From: Myxococcota bacterium
Lineage (GTDB): Bacteria > Myxococcota_A > UBA9160 > UBA6930
Length of the DNA stretch: 64,000 nucleotides
Assembly (NCBI GenBank): GCA_965223415.1
Contig: OZ245002.1
Coordinates: 736,001 to 800,000 of the forward strand
Reading direction: 5' to 3'
Of the stretch, positions 37,635-47,765 are shown piece after piece; the stretch's first letter is position 1, and each line of letters begins with the position of its first letter. Both the position numbers and the translations under genes were made by a program. Under the pieces are notes generated by a model that saw only the letters and a list, made by a program, of their open reading frames with translations, made no database searches and was not told the DNA's origin.

Positions 37635-40028
37635 GTGACGGTGTCGGCGCTTGCCGGCGTGCGGGTGCTCGACCTGGCCGACGCCTCCGCGGCCCTGGCG
37701 GGACGCATCCTGGCAGACCTGGGCGCCGACGTGGTGAAGGTCGAGCCGGCCGGGGGCGGCGCGACCCGCTCCCGCGCGCCCTTCCTCGACGACGAGCCCG
37801 GGCCGGAGCGGAGCTTCTTCCACCTCTACCACGATGCGGGCAAGCGGTCCCTCGTGCTGGACCACGAGACGCCGGCAGGCGCGTCCCGCTTCCGCCGGCT
37901 CGTCGAGGGCGCCGACGTCCTGATCGAGACGGCGCGACCGGGCGCGGCCGGCCTCGAGGCGAAGCGGCTCGCGGGATGGAACCCGCGGCTCGTCCACGCC
38001 TCGGTGGTGCCCTTCGCCTCCGACGGCCCCTGGCGGGATTGGCGCGCAACGGATCTCGTCGCCGGTGCCGCCGGAGGCCTCGTGTGGCTGTGCGGCGAGC
38101 GCGACGGCCCTCCCCTCCAGGGCTCGGCGAACCCGGCCTACACGATGGCGAGCCTCGCCGCGGCGACCGGCGTGATGGTCGGCCTCGCCGATCGCGAACG
38201 CGAAGGCCCGCGCCGGGGCTGTCACTTCGAAGTGTCGCTCCAGGAAGCGGCCTGCATGGCGGCGATGCAGACCGCCACGCCCACCTTCTGGTCCTGGTTC
38301 GGCCGCGTCCCGGCGCGGCCCGGGCTCTCCAACGCCGTGCGCTGCAAGGACGGCGGCCACGTCGGCCTGCTCGTCCGGTCGGGACGCTTCGAGCTCTTTG
38401 TCGAATGGTGCGAAGAGGCGGACATCCCGACGAAGCTCACTCCGGCGGATGCCCACTGGGCGGAGCTCACGGCGCCCCGGGAGGGCAACCCGGTTTCGGC
38501 GGCCGTGCTCGAGCTGGCGGCCTGCCATACCCGCGACGAATTCGCCGAACGGGCGGGGCGGGCGGAGATCGTGTGCCTCCCGATCCTGGACTTCCCCAGC
38601 ATGGAGCGGCATCCCCAGTTCGAGGCGAACCGGCAGTTCGTCCTCGTGCCCCACGAGCCCCTCGGCCGTGAGCTGGGCTTCCCGCGCAGCCCGGTCGCGG
38701 CCATGGCGGAGGAGGTGGAGCTGCGCCGGGCCCCGCTGCTCGGCGAGCACGGCCCGGCGATCCTGCGCGAGCTCGAGGTACCCGCGGCGCCCGCCCCGGC
38801 GGAGCTCGCCCCGGCCGACCCGCGGCGTGCCCTCGAGGGCGTGCGCGTGGTCGACTTCTGCTGGGTGCTCGCCGGGCCCATCGGCACGCGGCTCCTGGCG
38901 AGCCACGGCGCAGATGTCATCCGCATCGAGTCTTCGCGTCATCCGGACGGCATGCGCTTCCAGCCCGGCCCGGACGGACGGCCCAGCCCGGACCTGGGCG
39001 GCCTCTTCAACACGGCGAACGCCGGCAAGCGCTCTCTCTGCGTCGACCTCACGACCGCGGCCGGGCGCGAGATCGTGCGGAAGCTCGTCGCCCGGGCGGA
39101 CGTGGTCACGAACAACTACCGGCCCGGCGCCCTCGAGCGCATGGGCTTCGGCTTCGACGCGCTGCGCGAGATCCGACCCGACATCGTCCTGCTGAACCTC
39201 CCGGGCACGCACCGGCAGGGGCCGTGGAGCGGACGGCCCACCATGGGCAACGTGGTAATGGCGGCTTCCGGCTTCAATCCGTTGATGGGCTTTCCCGGCC
39301 AGCGGCCCCGCGGCGTCGGTGTCGCCTATCCGGACTTCACCTCACCCTACCTGCTGGCGACGACCGTGATGGCCGCCCTGCGCGAGCGCCGGCGCACGGG
39401 GCGCGGCCAGGAGCTCGATCTCTCCCAGCTCTCGGCGACGATCTCGCTCCTCGGTGCCGAGTGGATGCGCTACCAAGCCACCGGGGTGCAGCCGGGGCCG
39501 TCGGCGAACCGCGACCCGAATCACTGCCCCCACGGCGTCTTCCCGGCGCGGGGCGACGACGAGTGGTGTGCGCTCGCGGTGGACGACGAGGCGCAGTGGA
39601 AGGCCCTGTGCCGGGAGCTGGACGCGCCGGACCTGGCCAAGGAGCCCCGCTTCGTTTCCCACGCGAGCCGCAAGGCGAACGAAGACGCCCTCGACGAGAT
39701 CGTGTCCGACTGGACGCGACGCCACGACAAGTGGGCGCTCGCTACCCGCCTCCAGGCCGCCGGCGTCCCCGCCGCGCCGGTCGAGAACCTGCGCGACACC
39801 TTCGAGCGGGACCCCCAGCTGCGGCACCACTACGTGCGGGTCCGCCAGCCGGCGGCCCCCGACGTCGAGATCCCCATCGACCGGGAGGCGATCTGCTTCG
39901 ACGGCGCCGACCCGGCGCTCGTCCGCGCGCCGACGATGGGCGAGCACGGCGAGCCGATCCTGCGCGAGCTCCTCGGGCTCTCGGACGGCGAGATCGCACG
40001 GCTCGTGCGGGACGAGGTGCTCAGCTAG
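37635..40028 (+). CDS. Family III CoA-transferase (CaiB/BaiF), two domains fused
   Basis: Two copies of L-GVRV-D, GADV, GKRS and RAP-[LM]GEH. Confidence 0.92.
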   Translation: MTVSALAGVRVLDLADASAALAGRILADLGADVVKVEPAGGGATRSRAPFLDDEPGPERSFFHLYHDAGKRSLVLDHETPAGASRFRRLVEGADVLIETARPGAAGLEAKRLAGWNPRLVHASVVPFASDGPWRDWRATDLVAGAAGGLVWLCGERDGPPLQGSANPAYTMASLAAATGVMVGLADREREGPRRGCHFEVSLQEAACMAAMQTATPTFWSWFGRVPARPGLSNAVRCKDGGHVGLLVRSGRFELFVEWCEEADIPTKLTPADAHWAELTAPREGNPVSAAVLELAACHTRDEFAERAGRAEIVCLPILDFPSMERHPQFEANRQFVLVPHEPLGRELGFPRSPVAAMAEEVELRRAPLLGEHGPAILRELEVPAAPAPAELAPADPRRALEGVRVVDFCWVLAGPIGTRLLASHGADVIRIESSRHPDGMRFQPGPDGRPSPDLGGLFNTANAGKRSLCVDLTTAAGREIVRKLVARADVVTNNYRPGALERMGFGFDALREIRPDIVLLNLPGTHRQGPWSGRPTMGNVVMAASGFNPLMGFPGQRPRGVGVAYPDFTSPYLLATTVMAALRERRRTGRGQELDLSQLSATISLLGAEWMRYQATGVQPGPSANRDPNHCPHGVFPARGDDEWCALAVDDEAQWKALCRELDAPDLAKEPRFVSHASRKANEDALDEIVSDWTRRHDKWALATRLQAAGVPAAPVENLRDTFERDPQLRHHYVRVRQPAAPDVEIPIDREAICFDGADPALVRAPTMGEHGEPILRELLGLSDGEIARLVRDEVLS

Positions 40029-40040
40029 GAGGTCCGCGCC

Positions 40041-40805
40041 CTACTCGCCTCCGACGCTCGCCTGCTCGAGCTTCTCGATCTCGTCGGGAAGGCGGCCGTC
40101 GAGGGTGCGGTAGAAGCGCTCCCGGTAGTAGCGGCACTGCAGATCCCGGTAGGAATCCGCCGTGTTGATCTCGTAGGCCTCGTCGAGCTCGTCGTCGATG
40201 CGGGCGCGCTTCTCCGCGCGGTTGCCGTAGCGCAGTACGGTGATGCCGTCGCCCACCGGCCCGCCGACGACGCCGGCCACCGACATCGTGCTGTCGACCG
40301 CATCCCCCGCGAGGCTGCGGAAGGTGGCCGGGCCGCGCAGCGGGATCTCCACGTAGGGACCGGCGCCCAGGCCCCAGACGGCCAGGGTCTGGCCGAAGTC
40401 CTCGGGGTCGGCCTTCACGCCGCCGACGCGACCGGCCACGTCGTAGAGGCCGCCGACCCCGACGGTGGTATTCACCAGGAAGCGGGCGGTCTCGGTGCCC
40501 GCGGAGCCCAGGTCGGCCTGCAGCAGGTTGTTGGCGACGTTGCGCGGCGCGCGCAGGTTGCGGCCGAAATCGGTGAAGCGGTTGCGCACCGCCTCGGGCA
40601 CCCACATCCACACCTCGATCAACGGATCGTAGATCGTGCGGTCGACCCAGCGGTTGAGCCCGTGGACCGGGCGGTTCCAGCCCTCGAGGGGATCCGAGCG
40701 CGACCACAGCTCCTCGCAGGAGCGGGGCGGAGCGGTCGCACAACCGACGAGGAAGGCGAGGGAGAGGAGGAGAGCCACAAGAGGGAGCTTGGTTCGCTTC
40801 AGCAC
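40041..40805 (-). CDS. mlaA: VacJ/MlaA family lipoprotein
   Basis: Lipobox LVGC; DPLEGWNR, RFLVNTTVGVGG, EDFGQTL, GPY. Confidence 0.9.
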   Translation of the reverse strand: MLKRTKLPLVALLLSLAFLVGCATAPPRSCEELWSRSDPLEGWNRPVHGLNRWVDRTIYDPLIEVWMWVPEAVRNRFTDFGRNLRAPRNVANNLLQADLGSAGTETARFLVNTTVGVGGLYDVAGRVGGVKADPEDFGQTLAVWGLGAGPYVEIPLRGPATFRSLAGDAVDSTMSVAGVVGGPVGDGITVLRYGNRAEKRARIDDELDEAYEINTADSYRDLQCRYYRERFYRTLDGRLPDEIEKLEQASVGGE

Positions 40806-41123
40806 GCGACCAGCGTAACACCGGAATGCGTCGGCTCGTCAAGCACGAATCCGGCAGCAGGGGCCCAGGGACGCTGGGGCGCGTACTTGCAGGCGAAGCT
40901 GCCCGCCCGCGGATACGCGGGGCGCCGGCAGCAGAGCCGCGACGCGGCTCAGTCGAGGGGCTGGACGCGGCAGTGCAGCCGACGAGGTGCCTGGCTGACG
41001 GCCCAGGTCATGCCGGTGGGCACGCCGTCGTCGTCGGAGAAGGCCTGGGGTGCGGAAGCGGCGGGACGGTGGTCGCCCGGCGACCCATCGGCAGGGGGCA
41101 ACCGGTGCGAAGGCGAGCGGCGA

Positions 41124-42674
41124 TCAGCCCTCCGCTTTCAGGCGTTCCAGGAGCGCGCCGTCGACCCGCGCCTTGACCGTCCGGCGGTCGATGCCGAGCC
41201 GGCGTGCCGCCTCCTCGTAGCTGCCGGTCTCGTGATAGAGGAGCGTCGCGTAGCGCTCGCCGAGCTGGTCCATGTCGAGCTGGCCTGCGGCCACGGCGCC
41301 GGCGATCTCGCCCCGGACGCCCGCCGCCACGAGGGGCACCGCGGTATCGGGCGGCTGGTAGCTGCCGCGGATCACCACGTTGCGGATGCACTGCTCGAGC
41401 TCGCGGATGTTCCCCGGCCAGGGGTAGCCCGCACCGAGCTCGACCTGGATCCAAGCCTCCACCTGCTCCGCCACCGCGTCGGCCTCCTCCCGGCCGAACA
41501 GGCGCCGTGCGATCACCAGGATCAGGTTGTGGAGATCGTCCGGGTGATCGGCGAGCTGATCGCGGAGGCTCGGAGTATGGATGCGATCAGAGCAGAGGCG
41601 GTAGTAGAAGTCCCGACGGAAGTCTCCCTCCTGCATCTCCTGGCCCAGGTCCCGGTTGGTGGCGGCGATGATCTTGCCCTCGAAGCGTCGCTCGGAGGTC
41701 TCGCCGAGGCGCTGGAAGGTGCGCGTCTGCAGGACGCGCAGCAGCTTCACCTGGATCTCCGCGTCCAGCTCGCCGATCTCGTCCAGGAAGACCGTGCCGC
41801 CGCGGCCGCAGGCCTCGAGCCAGCCATCGCGGTCGTCGACGGCGCCGGTGAAGGCGCCCTTGCGGTGGCCAAACAGCTCGGACTCGATCAGCGTCGGCGT
41901 GAGGGCCGAGAGATTCAGCGGGTGGAAACCGGTGCGGAAGCCCTCGGCGAAGGTGCGGGTCTCCGGGTCGAAGGGGATGAAGCGCGAGAAGCCGATCGCC
42001 CGGGCCACGAGCTCCTTGCCGGTGCCGGACTCCCCGGTGATCAGGGTGTTGAAGTCGTGCATGCGGTCGTAGAGGGCGCGGCGGTAGCGCGAGCGATCGT
42101 GGCTGAAGATCGACTGCCACACCGCAGCGCGGAGCTGCGCCGCCGGCAGCGACGCGCCGAAGATCTGCCGGAAGACGTGGTGGAAGGCGCGGCGGGTCTG
42201 GTAGCCGTAGGCGAAGAGGAAGGCCGGGTCCCGGCGGGACGGCCCGGTGAGGCCGGGCAGGTCGAAGTAGCTCGCGGCGTCGGCGGCGAAGCGGTCGAAG
42301 GCGGTGACCTTGTGGGGCTTGCCGTCAGCGTCGCGGTTCATGGCGTCGAACCACACCGGGGCGTACTCCGCGTAGAGGGCGTAGAGGACGAGGTCCTCGT
42401 AGAGCACGAGCTCCTCATCGGTCGCGCTCCCGCCCTGGGCGAGGCGCTCGCGGAGGGTCGGCAGGAGCTGCTGCACGGCCTCGTCGATCGGCCCGAGGTT
42501 CGGGTTCAGGCCACCGAGCTCCGTGTCCACGTTCCAGACCTGGCGGGTCGCGACGAAGCGGCTGCCGAGCACGTCCTTCTCGTGGGCGATGCGATCGGGC
42601 AGGAACGGGTTCACGTGGGTGAGCCGCGACATCGCCTCGGCGATGGCACGCTCCTTGCCTCTCATGAGGGCCAT
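41124..42674 (-). CDS. Sigma-54-dependent enhancer-binding protein with unrecognised N-terminal domain
   Basis: [36 protein letters not shown] and C-terminal Fis-type HTH. Confidence 0.92.
   Translation of the reverse strand: MALMRGKERAIAEAMSRLTHVNPFLPDRIAHEKDVLGSRFVATRQVWNVDTELGGLNPNLGPIDEAVQQLLPTLRERLAQGGSATDEELVLYEDLVLYALYAEYAPVWFDAMNRDADGKPHKVTAFDRFAADAASYFDLPGLTGPSRRDPAFLFAYGYQTRRAFHHVFRQIFGASLPAAQLRAAVWQSIFSHDRSRYRRALYDRMHDFNTLITGESGTGKELVARAIGFSRFIPFDPETRTFAEGFRTGFHPLNLSALTPTLIESELFGHRKGAFTGAVDDRDGWLEACGRGGTVFLDEIGELDAEIQVKLLRVLQTRTFQRLGETSERRFEGKIIAATNRDLGQEMQEGDFRRDFYYRLCSDRIHTPSLRDQLADHPDDLHNLILVIARRLFGREEADAVAEQVEAWIQVELGAGYPWPGNIRELEQCIRNVVIRGSYQPPDTAVPLVAAGVRGEIAGAVAAGQLDMDQLGERYATLLYHETGSYEEAARRLGIDRRTVKARVDGALLERLKAEG
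42644..42659 (+). promoter_or_regulatory. Sigma-54 promoter match inside the 5' end of the activator gene, facing the acyltransferase
   Basis: TGGCACGCTCCTTGCC. Confidence 0.45.
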
Positions 42675-42713
42675 GCGGTGCTCCGATGAGGAGGGACGGT
42701 CCGGACGCGATGT

Positions 42714-42732
42714 CTGTACAATGGGTGTACAG
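42714..42732. promoter_or_regulatory. Palindromic transcription-factor site (TGT-N11-ACA type)
   Basis: CTGTACA-ATGGG-TGTACAG, a perfect 7-bp inverted repeat in the divergent intergenic region. Confidence 0.6.
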
Positions 42733-42745
42733 TAGGGAGCATCGG

Positions 42746-44119
42746 ATGGATAGGCCTTCCCCTGAAGCCTCCGATCGGCGAGAACGCCTGGACGCCTTCG
42801 TCGCCTGGCTGTGCAAGGCGCTGATGGGGATCTTCTTCCGCGAGGTCGAGGTGAACGGCCTCGCACGGGTGCCCCGGGGTGTGCCGCTCCTGCTCGTGGC
42901 CAACCACCACAACAGCCTGATCGACCCGGCGCTGGTGCTCGCCCATCTCGATGCGAACCCGCGCTTCCTGGCGAAGAGCACGCTGTGGAACCTCCCGGTG
43001 ATGCGCCAGCTGCTCCAGCTCGGCGGCGTGATCCCGGTGTACCGGCGCCAGGACGAGGGCGTCGACATCAACAAGAACCAGGAGACCTTCGCGCGCTGCC
43101 ACGAGGAGCTGGCGCGGGGCGGGGCCGTGGCCCTCTTCCCGGAAGGCATCAGCCACAACGCCCCCCACCTGGCGGAACTCAAGACCGGTGCGGCGCGCAT
43201 CGCGCTCGAGGCGGAGCAACGTTTCGGCCCCCTCGGCACGTGGATCGTGCCGGTCGGGCTGACCTTCGAGGAGAAGGGCGTGTTCCGCTCCCGGGCACTG
43301 GTGCGCGTCGGGACGCCGGTCGAGGTGGCCTCCTGGAACGCCGGCGAGGCGCGCGAGCTGACCGACGCGATTCGCGAAGGCCTCGCCGAGGTGACGCTGA
43401 ACTACCCGTCGGCGCAGGACGTGCGCGCAGTGGAGACCGCCTCCCACGTGTTCGGCAGCGAGGAGCTCGAGCTGCCCGCTCGCATGGCCCTGGACGAGGC
43501 CTTCGCGGTGCGGCGGGACTTCATTACCGCCGGCCAGCGGCTTCGCGAGCTCTTCCCGGAGCGCATGGCCGCCCTCCAAGAGCGTCTCGAACGCTATGCC
43601 GAGGAGCTCGGGCGCCTCGGGCTACGCGACGAGCACCTGGCCGCCCGCTACCGGAGGCGCGACGTCGGCCTCTACCTGCTCGGCAGCGCCTCGCTGCTCC
43701 TGTTCTGGCTGCCCCTCGCCCTGCTCGGTACCGTGATCCACTTCGTGCCCTACCGCCTGTGCGGCGTCGTCGCCCGCTTCATGAAGACCGAGGATCTGCC
43801 GGCGACGATGAAGCTCTTCAGCGGCTTCTTCCTCTTCCCCGCCACCTGGGCCCTGGTCGCGGGCGCGGTGTGGAGCGCCGCCGGCCCCGGCTGGGCACTC
43901 TTCGCCCTCTTCGTCGCCCCCGTCACCGGCTGGTTCGCCCTCCTCTTCCACGAGCGCCACGAGCACTTCTGGGCCGAGGCCGACGCCTATCTGTCCCTCA
44001 AGCTCCGCCGCCGCCGCGCCGCCGAGCTCCGAACCGAGCGCGAAGCCCTCCGCGAAGAGCTCCAGGACCTCGCCGCCCTCGAACGCGACACCGGGGACGC
44101 TCCTGAACGCAACACCTAG
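42746..44119 (+). CDS. Lysophospholipid/glycerol acyltransferase (PlsC-like domain plus C-terminal TM helices)
   Basis: [26 protein letters not shown]. The stop TAG lies within the IS target CTAG. Confidence 0.9.
   Translation: MDRPSPEASDRRERLDAFVAWLCKALMGIFFREVEVNGLARVPRGVPLLLVANHHNSLIDPALVLAHLDANPRFLAKSTLWNLPVMRQLLQLGGVIPVYRRQDEGVDINKNQETFARCHEELARGGAVALFPEGISHNAPHLAELKTGAARIALEAEQRFGPLGTWIVPVGLTFEEKGVFRSRALVRVGTPVEVASWNAGEARELTDAIREGLAEVTLNYPSAQDVRAVETASHVFGSEELELPARMALDEAFAVRRDFITAGQRLRELFPERMAALQERLERYAEELGRLGLRDEHLAARYRRRDVGLYLLGSASLLLFWLPLALLGTVIHFVPYRLCGVVARFMKTEDLPATMKLFSGFFLFPATWALVAGAVWSAAGPGWALFALFVAPVTGWFALLFHERHEHFWAEADAYLSLKLRRRRAAELRTEREALREELQDLAALERDTGDAPERNT
44088..44113. 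repeat. Left arm of a 26-bp perfect inverted repeat (REP-like hairpin) split by the IS
   Basis: ACACCGGGGACGCTCCTGAACGCAAC is the exact reverse complement of 45414-45439. Confidence 0.9.
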
Positions 44120-45410
44120 CAGGCTGCGGAAAAACCCCGTGCGACGGGTCGAATCGGTTGGTACAGGCATACCGGGGGGATGGAGATGCGCGGAACCGAT
44201 CGAACGCAGTCCACGATGTTCAGCTACGTGTCGCCGGAGGCGCGTGTCCCCGCCGATCATCCACTGCGCGTGACGCGGGAGATGACGAATCGCGCCCTGG
44301 TCCGGCTGGACGGGAGGTTGCGGAAGCTGTACTCGCGGACGGGTCGGCCGTCGATTCCGCCCGAGCACCTGTTGCGGGCCCTGCTGCTGCAGGTGCTCTA
44401 CTCGGTGCGAAGCGAGCGGATGCTGATGGAGCAGCTCGAGTACAACCTGCTGTTCCGCTGGTTCGTGGGGCTCGAGATGGACGACCGGGTCTGGGACGTG
44501 ACGGTGTTCACGAAGAATCGGGATCGGTTGCTTCGGGGAGAGATCGCGGAGGGGTTCTTTCAGGCCGTGTTGGCGGAGGCCCGCGAGGAGGGGCTTCTGT
44601 CGGACGAGCACTTCACGGTGGACGGCACGCTGATCGAGGCATGGGCGGGGCAGAAGAGCTTTCGGCCGAAGGACGAGGACCGGGGCGGCCGCGGGGGTGG
44701 ACGGAAGGCGACGGAGCGGGACTTCCACGGTGAGCGTAGGAAGAACGACACGCACGCCTCGACGACGGACCCGGAGTCCCGGCTCTACCGCAAGGGGAAG
44801 GGGAAGGAAGCGAAGCTGTGCTTCATGGGCCACGTGGTGACGGAGAACCGGCATGGCCTGGTGGTGGCGGCCAAGACGACGCTGGCCACGGGCACGGCGG
44901 AGCGCGAGGCCTCGGTGGCGATGGTGAAGCGGGTGCCACGCGGACGGCGATCGACGTTGGGCGGAGACAAGGGCTACGACACGGTGTCGCATGTCGAAGA
45001 GCTTCGAGAGCTGGGCGTGACCCCGCACGTCGCGCAGAACGACAAGGGCCGCCGCAGCGCGATCGATGATCGAACGACGACGCACGTGGGCTACGAGATC
45101 AGCCAGCGCAAACGCAAGGCGATCGAGCAGGTCTTCGGCTGGGGGAAGACGGTAGGCCCGATTCGCAAGGTGAAGCATCGCGGCAAGGAGCGGGTGGGCT
45201 GGATGTTCACGTTCACCCAGGCGGCCTACAACCTTGTGAGGATGAGGAACCTGCTATGCCCCACGTAGCTTGTCGGGTCGAGTGGAGGGCCCCGTTGGCA
45301 GCGAGCCGGGCGTCAACCGGCGGCAAGGCCTCGATTCCGCGCTCCTTTCCTAGCCAAAGCGCCTCCAAGGCACCGTTCTCTGCGTACCATCGGCGTTCTT
45401 CCGCAGCCTG
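44120..45410 (+). mobile_element. Complete IS5-family insertion sequence, 1291 bp
   Basis: Terminal inverted repeats CAGGCTGCGGAAAAAC / CAGGCTGCGGAAGAAC (15/16); CTAG duplicated at 44116-44119 and 45411-45414; single transposase ORF. Confidence 0.93.
44180..45268 (+). CDS. IS5 family DDE transposase
   Basis: GRPSIPPE, YNLLFRWFVG, VDGT, GDKGYD, RKAIEQVFG, AYNL. Confidence 0.95.
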   Translation: MEMRGTDRTQSTMFSYVSPEARVPADHPLRVTREMTNRALVRLDGRLRKLYSRTGRPSIPPEHLLRALLLQVLYSVRSERMLMEQLEYNLLFRWFVGLEMDDRVWDVTVFTKNRDRLLRGEIAEGFFQAVLAEAREEGLLSDEHFTVDGTLIEAWAGQKSFRPKDEDRGGRGGGRKATERDFHGERRKNDTHASTTDPESRLYRKGKGKEAKLCFMGHVVTENRHGLVVAAKTTLATGTAEREASVAMVKRVPRGRRSTLGGDKGYDTVSHVEELRELGVTPHVAQNDKGRRSAIDDRTTTHVGYEISQRKRKAIEQVFGWGKTVGPIRKVKHRGKERVGWMFTFTQAAYNLVRMRNLLCPT

Positions 45411-45413
45411 CTA

Positions 45414-45439
45414 GTTGCGTTCAGGAGCGTCCCCGGTGT
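45414..45439. repeat. Right arm of the 26-bp inverted repeat
   Basis: GTTGCGTTCAGGAGCGTCCCCGGTGT. Confidence 0.9.
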
Positions 45440-45444
45440 TGCCT

Positions 45445-46512
45445 CTACCAGTGGTGGGCGGCTCGGGCGCGGTGCGTACCAGGAGTGCCCAGGTAGGTGC
45501 GGTCGAACATGGCTCGCTTGAACCAGATCTGGACGTCGCACTCCCAGGTGTAGCCGATGCCACCGTGGGCCTCGACCGTGTCCCGGGCGACGGCCATGAA
45601 GCGATCCGTGAGGTATGCCTTGGCGATGGCGGCCATGCGCTCCGTCTCCTCCGGCTCCTGGTCGTAGGCGTGGGCCGCGTACCAGTAGAGGGCGCGGCTG
45701 GGCTCGACCTCGAGGGCCATGTTGGCGAGCTGGTGCTTGAGCGCCTGGAAGTGGCCGATCGTCACGCCGAACTGCTCGCGGGTCTTCGCGTACTCGACGG
45801 CCATCTCCACGCAGCGCGATGCGCCGCCGAAGGCGTCGGCCGCGAGCAGCACGAGACCGGCGTCGCGCAGGCGCGCGGCGGCTCCCCCGCCAGGCAGCAC
45901 CTCGCAGGCCGCACCCTCGAAGCGCACGGTGTCGAGGCGGCGCGTGCGATCGACGCCGGAGAAGGCCTCGACCTCGACGCCCGCGGCGCCGCGCTCCACG
46001 AGCGCGAGCCCGCCCCCGTCGGTGCCGACGACCAGCAGATCCGCCACGGCGCCGTTCGGCACATAGCGCTTCTCGCCGGACAGGCTGCCGTTCGCCTTCA
46101 GCTGCCACTCGTCCGGCAGCCAGCGGCCCGCCTCCTCGGCCAGGGCCACGCTGCCGAGGACGTCCCCGGTCGCGAGCCTGGGCAGCCAGGCCTTCTTCTG
46201 GGCGTCGCTGCCGCCGGCGGCCAGGGCCACGCACGCGAGGGTGTGCCCGAGGAAGGGCCCGGGCGCCGCGCCGCGGCCGAGGGTCTCCGCGACCACCGCG
46301 GCGTCGAGCAGGTCGAGCCCCGCGCCACCGTGGGGCTCCGGAACGACCAGCCCCGCCAGCCCCATCTCCACCATGCCGTTCCAGAAGCCCGCGTCGTGGC
46401 CGTCCTCCGCGTCGAATCGCGCTCGCAGCTGGTTCGGGTCGTTCTCGTTGGCCAGGAACTGGCCGACGGTGTGCTGGAGCAGCGCCTGCTCTTCCGAGAG
46501 TCCGAAGTCCAA
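45445..46512 (-). CDS. Acyl-CoA dehydrogenase family protein (short partner subunit)
   Basis: TTG start (MDFGLSEEQ) after AGGAGG; REQFG, FQALKH, HGGIGYTWE. Confidence 0.9.
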   Translation of the reverse strand: MDFGLSEEQALLQHTVGQFLANENDPNQLRARFDAEDGHDAGFWNGMVEMGLAGLVVPEPHGGAGLDLLDAAVVAETLGRGAAPGPFLGHTLACVALAAGGSDAQKKAWLPRLATGDVLGSVALAEEAGRWLPDEWQLKANGSLSGEKRYVPNGAVADLLVVGTDGGGLALVERGAAGVEVEAFSGVDRTRRLDTVRFEGAACEVLPGGGAAARLRDAGLVLLAADAFGGASRCVEMAVEYAKTREQFGVTIGHFQALKHQLANMALEVEPSRALYWYAAHAYDQEPEETERMAAIAKAYLTDRFMAVARDTVEAHGGIGYTWECDVQIWFKRAMFDRTYLGTPGTHRARAAHHW

Positions 46513-46523
46513 GGCCCGCCCTC

Positions 46524-47735
46524 CTACCTGCTCTGCTGGGCGAAGTGGTCGCGGGGCAGCCCGAGGCCACGCTCGGCGATCACGTTCCGCTGGATGTTGG
46601 CGGTGCCTCCGGCGATCGCGACGCCGAGCGCCGACATGTACTGGTTGATCCACCCGACCGCGCCCTTCGGCGCCACGCCCATCAGGCGACCTCCTCCGAG
46701 GGGATCGGTCAGCGCCTCGTCCGCCAGCAGATCGAAGGCCAGCTTCGAGACATCCTGGTTGATGTTGGTCGAGTGCAGCTTGTTCATGAGCCCGATGATC
46801 CCGGGCTCCTCCCCTCGCAGCTGGTGGGTGAGCTGGCGGTAGCCCGAGGACTTGTGGGCCTGCACGTAGCCTTCGATCCGGCCGAGGCGCTCCCGGATGG
46901 CCGGGTCCTCGATGGCTGGGCGCCCGTTCAGCTCGGTCTCCTTCGCGAGCCGCACGAGCCCCTTGAAGGTCACCTCGGTCATCGCCGCGTTGCCGATGGA
47001 GTTGCGCTCGTGCTTCAGCGTCGTGCGCGAGACGATCCAGCCCTCGCCGCGCTTGCCGACGATCCAGTCCTTCGGCGTCCGCACGTCCGTGAAGAACACC
47101 TCGTTGAAGTGGGCGGAGCCGTTCATCTGCTTGAGCGGCCGCACGTCGATGCCCGGCTGCTTCATGTCGATCAGCAGGTAGGAGATGCCGGCGTGCTTGG
47201 ACGCTTCGGGCTCCGTGCGCACGAGACAGAACATGAAGTCGGCGGTGGTCGCGCCGCTGGTCCAGATCTTCTGGCCGTTGATCACCCAGTCGTCGCCGTC
47301 GAGCTCGCCACGGGTCATGAGCGAAGCGAGATCGCTGCCGGATCCGGGCTCGCTGTATCCCTGGCACCAGAAGATCTCGCCGAGCACCGTGCCGGGAACC
47401 CACTTCTCCTTCTGCCATTCCGCCCCCTTCTCGAGCAGGGTCGGCGCGAGCATCATGGTGCCGATGCCGGCGGGATCGCCCGGCGCCTTCGCGCGGCCGA
47501 GCTCCTCGCGGATCACCTGGGCCTTGAGCGGATCGGCCTGCTGGCCCGAGCCGCCGTAGGCGACCGGCGTCGAGCGGGCCAGGTAGCCCGCGGCGATGGC
47601 GCGCTTCCGGAACGCGATGGCCTGCTGGTTCAGGTCCAGCTCCGCTTCCGCGCCGGTGAGGGGCCAGTGCTCAGCGAGGAAGGCGCGGACCTCCTCGCGA
47701 AAGGCGTCGTACGCGGGGCCGTAGGCGAGATCCAA
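46524..47735 (-). CDS. Acyl-CoA dehydrogenase family protein
   Basis: TTG start after GGAGG; CQGYSEPGSGSDLA, GQKIWTS, FNEVFF, IAGGTANIQRN. Confidence 0.92.
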   Translation of the reverse strand: MDLAYGPAYDAFREEVRAFLAEHWPLTGAEAELDLNQQAIAFRKRAIAAGYLARSTPVAYGGSGQQADPLKAQVIREELGRAKAPGDPAGIGTMMLAPTLLEKGAEWQKEKWVPGTVLGEIFWCQGYSEPGSGSDLASLMTRGELDGDDWVINGQKIWTSGATTADFMFCLVRTEPEASKHAGISYLLIDMKQPGIDVRPLKQMNGSAHFNEVFFTDVRTPKDWIVGKRGEGWIVSRTTLKHERNSIGNAAMTEVTFKGLVRLAKETELNGRPAIEDPAIRERLGRIEGYVQAHKSSGYRQLTHQLRGEEPGIIGLMNKLHSTNINQDVSKLAFDLLADEALTDPLGGGRLMGVAPKGAVGWINQYMSALGVAIAGGTANIQRNVIAERGLGLPRDHFAQQSR

Positions 47736-47765
47736 GACGGGTCCTCCGGACGGAAACGAAACAAA

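Noticed and set aside
42714..42732. Palindrome as a LexA SOS box
   Set aside because: Spacing is CTGT-N11-ACAG rather than N8, and the flanking genes are not repair genes.
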